Program-made: the position numbers and the translations under genes
NCBI GenBank assembly: GCA_002499705.1
Contig: DAMU01000056.1
Coordinates: 1 to 51,939 of the forward strand
From: Euryarchaeota archaeon UBA91
Lineage (GTDB): Archaea > Thermoplasmatota > Poseidoniia > Poseidoniales > Poseidoniaceae
DNA: 51,939 nt
Reading direction: 5' to 3'
In this document: positions 49,011-51,939 of the stretch, one piece after another
How the letters are laid out: each line of letters opens with the position of its first letter
Position numbering within the stretch: position 1 is the stretch's first letter
Notes under the pieces: model-generated
The model's input: the letters and a program-made list of their open reading frames with translations, nothing else
What the model was told of the DNA's origin: nothing
Databases searched by the model: none

Positions 49011-51620
49011 ATGGAGGAGAGTGAGCGGGCTGTATCGGGCTTAGATTTGCCTCCAAAAGCCATTGAATTTTTAACAAAATCATGGGGTATCAAACACCTT
49101 CATCCACCTCAGTTTGAAGCGATGCCAAGTGTACTCTCAGGCTCAAACACTTTGCTGGCAATTCCAACTGCAAGCGGCAAGTCATTAGTTGCTTACATTG
49201 GTATTCTTCGGCGCTTGTTGATCGATGAACCTGGTTCAAAAGCAGTGTATATTGTACCTCTAAAAGCGCTCGCCAGTGAGAAGCATGAAGATTTGGTAGC
49301 ACTGGGTGGCTCGGTAGGATTGACCGTTGGGTTGGGTATCGGAGATGCTTCAGGAGAAGCCAAAAAAATCGACGAGTGTGACGTTCTTGTTTGTACATCT
49401 GAAAAACTCGATTCTCTCATGCGCAATCGCTCCGAATTGATGGCGAATGTGTCAATTGTGGTCGCTGATGAGTTTCATTTGATGAACGATAAAACCCGTG
49501 GTCCAACATTGGAAATCAATCTGACACGATTACGTTATTTACGACCAAAGGCTCAGATTATCGCTCTCTCTGCTACCGTAGGGAATTGTGAAGAACTCGC
49601 TACATGGTTAGATGCAAACCTCGTACTCTCTTCTTGGAGGCCAGTCGCTCTGGAATACAGTACCTTTCATGACCTTCATCTTGAGCCTCGCCTTGTACAA
49701 TCTGCTCAAATGTCCACCGAAGCAGAAATACTCCAGCCTCCACGTGATTTGGATGGGCCAAAATCACATCCGTCTTGGGCCGTCGTGAACGACGCCATAG
49801 ATCAGGATGGGCAAGTCTTGATTTTCGTAGGCACTCGTCGGAGTGCTCAATCAGAGGCACTGAAATTATCAAAACGCATCGAAAAACGATTGAAAAAAGA
49901 TGACCCAGACCGATTAAAACGCCTCCAAGACTTTGCATCCTCGCTCGAAGGTCGAAGTCAAACTGCGATGGCTGAACGGCTTGCAGAGTCTATTCGAGGC
50001 GGTGTTGCATTCCATCATGCTGGTCTAACCTATGGCCAGAGAAAGGCCATTGAGGGAGCTTTCAAGGAGGGTTTACTGATTGGATTGACCGCAACTCCAA
50101 CGCTTGCTGCCGGCGTGAATTTACCGGCACGAAGAGTCCTTGTTCGAGACCTCAAGCGTTGGGATGATGGAATGAGCCGTCCTCTTCCCGTCATGGAAGT
50201 TCGACAAATGCTGGGCCGTGCTGGCAGACCGAAATACGATAGTTTTGGAGAAGCATGGGTCTTGTGCAAAGGCACTGATGGATGGGGTGTTGCTGATGAT
50301 GTGAGTGAACGCTATTTCTTTGGCCCTGTTGAGTCTATTTCGTCAAAATTAGCAAGTGAGCCTGCCTTACGATCTCATCTTTTAGCGTCAGTTGCAACCG
50401 GTGGTTTCCGTCATAGAGGAGAAATTGGAGATTTCTTTTCAGCCACATTTCTTGGGGCTTCAATTCCAAAAAATCAGCTTAATGAACGCCTTGATGAGAT
50501 GCTAAATTGGCTCGTAGATGAACGATTTTTGCGCCGTAAAGGTAACGATGAAGGATACGCCCAACGTCGTGCAGATGCCCAAGTTGGAAAGAGTGATGAA
50601 GAGGATTGGGATGATGAATTGCCGATATGGGCCGCTATTGCCAAATCGACTGGTGGCGTAGAATTTAGCGCACCACGAGTTAATCAGCAACCACCTCCGC
50701 CAACCTCTTCTGCTTTTACTCAAGCATCCTTAGGATTCACGTCTGCCTCAGATTTAGCACATGTAGGAGGTTGGTCCTCACCCACTGGAAGCGACCATTC
50801 TTCAATGGAATATGAGGCTACATTGATGGGTGAACGTATCACTCAACTCTATTTGGACCCACTTTCAGCATCCATATTGAGGACCGGATTGCGTAGGGCG
50901 GTCCGTCGTAAAGTTCGTGAAAATGCTCCAGTCACTGACTTCGGTTTCATGCATTTGGCATCTTCAACTCCCGATTTCTTGCCACTTTGGGCCAAAAACT
51001 CGGAAATGGAACGAAGCTCTTCTCTTTGGTTGAAAACCAATTCAGTCGAAGATGAATTACTTTCCGACGACACATTGGAAGAACGATTACTCGGTAAAGT
51101 GAAATCTGCATGGATGCTTGAAATGTGGACAGAAGAAGAAACATTGCGTTCAATTGAGAGCGACCTTGACGTTAGTCCCGGTGATGTGAATCACAGAGTT
51201 GACCTCATGGGTTGGTTACTTGCTGCAGGCCAGCAAGTACTTCTCACAGATGACGTCTTTGCAGAGGAACATCTTCCAATGATTGGCGAGATTGCAACGA
51301 TGCTCGATTTACTTCGGCAACGAATTCGTCATGGGTGTAAACCTGATTTGCTTCAACTTGTCAACATTAAGCACGTTGGGCGTTCACGTGCTCGAGAACT
51401 TGCTGGAATGGGCATTCGTACACCAAAAGACGTCATGGCAATGAATCGGACAACTCGAAATCAACTGTTAGCAAAGCGTGGCTGGGGTCCAATGTTGCTT
51501 GAAAAGATTCACAAAGAAGTTGAAAAAGTACTCTTACGTTCTCAAACCGCTCCTACAAGAGTTGTCCAACAAAGGGACGATGATGTGCCTTTGTCTGATG
51601 AATCCCAATCGGATAATTGA
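49011..51620 (+). CDS. hel308: Hel308/Ski2-like DNA helicase
   Basis: Motif I AIPTASGKSLVA. Motif II VVADEFHLM. SATVGN. Motif VI QMLGRAGRPKYD. WH, ratchet and C-terminal HhH regions (NIKHVGRSRARELAGMGIRTPKDV). The ATG at 49011 is preferred over the ORF-track start at 48984. Confidence 0.9.
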   Translation: MEESERAVSGLDLPPKAIEFLTKSWGIKHLHPPQFEAMPSVLSGSNTLLAIPTASGKSLVAYIGILRRLLIDEPGSKAVYIVPLKALASEKHEDLVALGGSVGLTVGLGIGDASGEAKKIDECDVLVCTSEKLDSLMRNRSELMANVSIVVADEFHLMNDKTRGPTLEINLTRLRYLRPKAQIIALSATVGNCEELATWLDANLVLSSWRPVALEYSTFHDLHLEPRLVQSAQMSTEAEILQPPRDLDGPKSHPSWAVVNDAIDQDGQVLIFVGTRRSAQSEALKLSKRIEKRLKKDDPDRLKRLQDFASSLEGRSQTAMAERLAESIRGGVAFHHAGLTYGQRKAIEGAFKEGLLIGLTATPTLAAGVNLPARRVLVRDLKRWDDGMSRPLPVMEVRQMLGRAGRPKYDSFGEAWVLCKGTDGWGVADDVSERYFFGPVESISSKLASEPALRSHLLASVATGGFRHRGEIGDFFSATFLGASIPKNQLNERLDEMLNWLVDERFLRRKGNDEGYAQRRADAQVGKSDEEDWDDELPIWAAIAKSTGGVEFSAPRVNQQPPPPTSSAFTQASLGFTSASDLAHVGGWSSPTGSDHSSMEYEATLMGERITQLYLDPLSASILRTGLRRAVRRKVRENAPVTDFGFMHLASSTPDFLPLWAKNSEMERSSSLWLKTNSVEDELLSDDTLEERLLGKVKSAWMLEMWTEEETLRSIESDLDVSPGDVNHRVDLMGWLLAAGQQVLLTDDVFAEEHLPMIGEIATMLDLLRQRIRHGCKPDLLQLVNIKHVGRSRARELAGMGIRTPKDVMAMNRTTRNQLLAKRGWGPMLLEKIHKEVEKVLLRSQTAPTRVVQQRDDDVPLSDESQSDN

Positions 51621-51645
51621 AAGAGAATCTCCCTTTGGAATCACC

Positions 51646-51939
51646 ATGGCACACCCGCCCTTCCCATGCTTTTCTTGGCGTTCAGGCGATTCCTTCGATG
51701 CGAAGAAGTTGCTTCAATCGTTCCTTGATTTGCGTCCAAATTCCCAGTGGGTCATGGTTGGTGAAGGATGTATTCAATCAGAACTCCAGTTGTGGACTGC
51801 TTGGAATTGCGCTTCTCGTAGATGGATCCGTTCAACCGCCTTAGCTCGCTCATTGGATGCGGAGTTTTTACGATACCTTTGCGGGACTCATCACGTTTCT
51901 GAAGCATTCAAGAGAGCAGGTATTCGAGAGGGCGATAAA
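51646..51939 (+). CDS. cgi121: KEOPS subunit Cgi121-like, 5' partial (runs off the window end)
   Basis: This frame is open from the ATG at 51646 to the window end and is not in the ORF track. ARSLDAEFLRYLCGTHHVSEAFKRAGIREGD parallels the conserved Cgi121 segment as I recall it from M. jannaschii (KSFWMEILVRASGQRQIHEAIKIIGAKDGN). Confidence 0.5.
   Translation, partial: MAHPPFPCFSWRSGDSFDAKKLLQSFLDLRPNSQWVMVGEGCIQSELQLWTAWNCASRRWIRSTALARSLDAEFLRYLCGTHHVSEAFKRAGIREGDK

Noticed and set aside
51617-51844. 75-aa ORF listed after hel308
   Set aside because: Its composition is not protein-like. A different frame starting at 51646 stays open to the window end and carries a Cgi121-like motif, so that frame is preferred.

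Overview
This is a densely packed chromosomal segment. With the start codons chosen here, only two non-coding gaps exceed about 150 bp (7098-7339 and 37456-37757). The gene content reads as archaeal: Orc1/Cdc6, aIF2-gamma, ribosomal protein S6e, Dph2, Hel308, a partial Cgi121, archaeal-type Hpt and an HTH_10 regulator. It also carries DNA gyrase (gyrB-gyrA), a class II HMG-CoA reductase, smc-scpA-scpB, an acyl-CoA dehydrogenase, several secreted or anchored metallopeptidases (M61, M28, a 1400-aa gluzincin+PKD surface protein, an M14-like enzyme), and many acidic tails and linkers. By inference only, this combination suggests a marine planktonic Thermoplasmatota lineage such as Marine Group II/Poseidoniales. 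About 41 protein-coding genes are supported. I found no rRNA, tRNA, CRISPR array, transposase, integrase or recognisable defence genes. GGAGGTGA-like Shine-Dalgarno motifs precede many starts, several genes appear to use TTG or GTG starts, and stop/start overlaps indicate operons. The best candidates for something undescribed are: (1) a translationally coupled three-gene operon at 7340-10559, encoding an Orc/STAND-like P-loop ATPase with a long acidic linker and C-terminal wHTH, a 7-bladed beta-propeller protein, and a DUF357-like protein, preceded by a dense iteron-like TTAACG array at 7208-7264; (2) a bacterial-type class II CCA/poly(A)-polymerase-family nucleotidyltransferase next to a cytoplasmic double EF-hand protein of unknown function; (3) a thymidylate kinase fused to an uncharacterised Trp-rich basic domain; (4) a membrane-anchored Smr-like protein; (5) an inverted repeat and a candidate structured element in the two regulatory gaps at 31138-31187 and 37573-37669. 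All functional calls come from motif recognition by eye. No database search was run.
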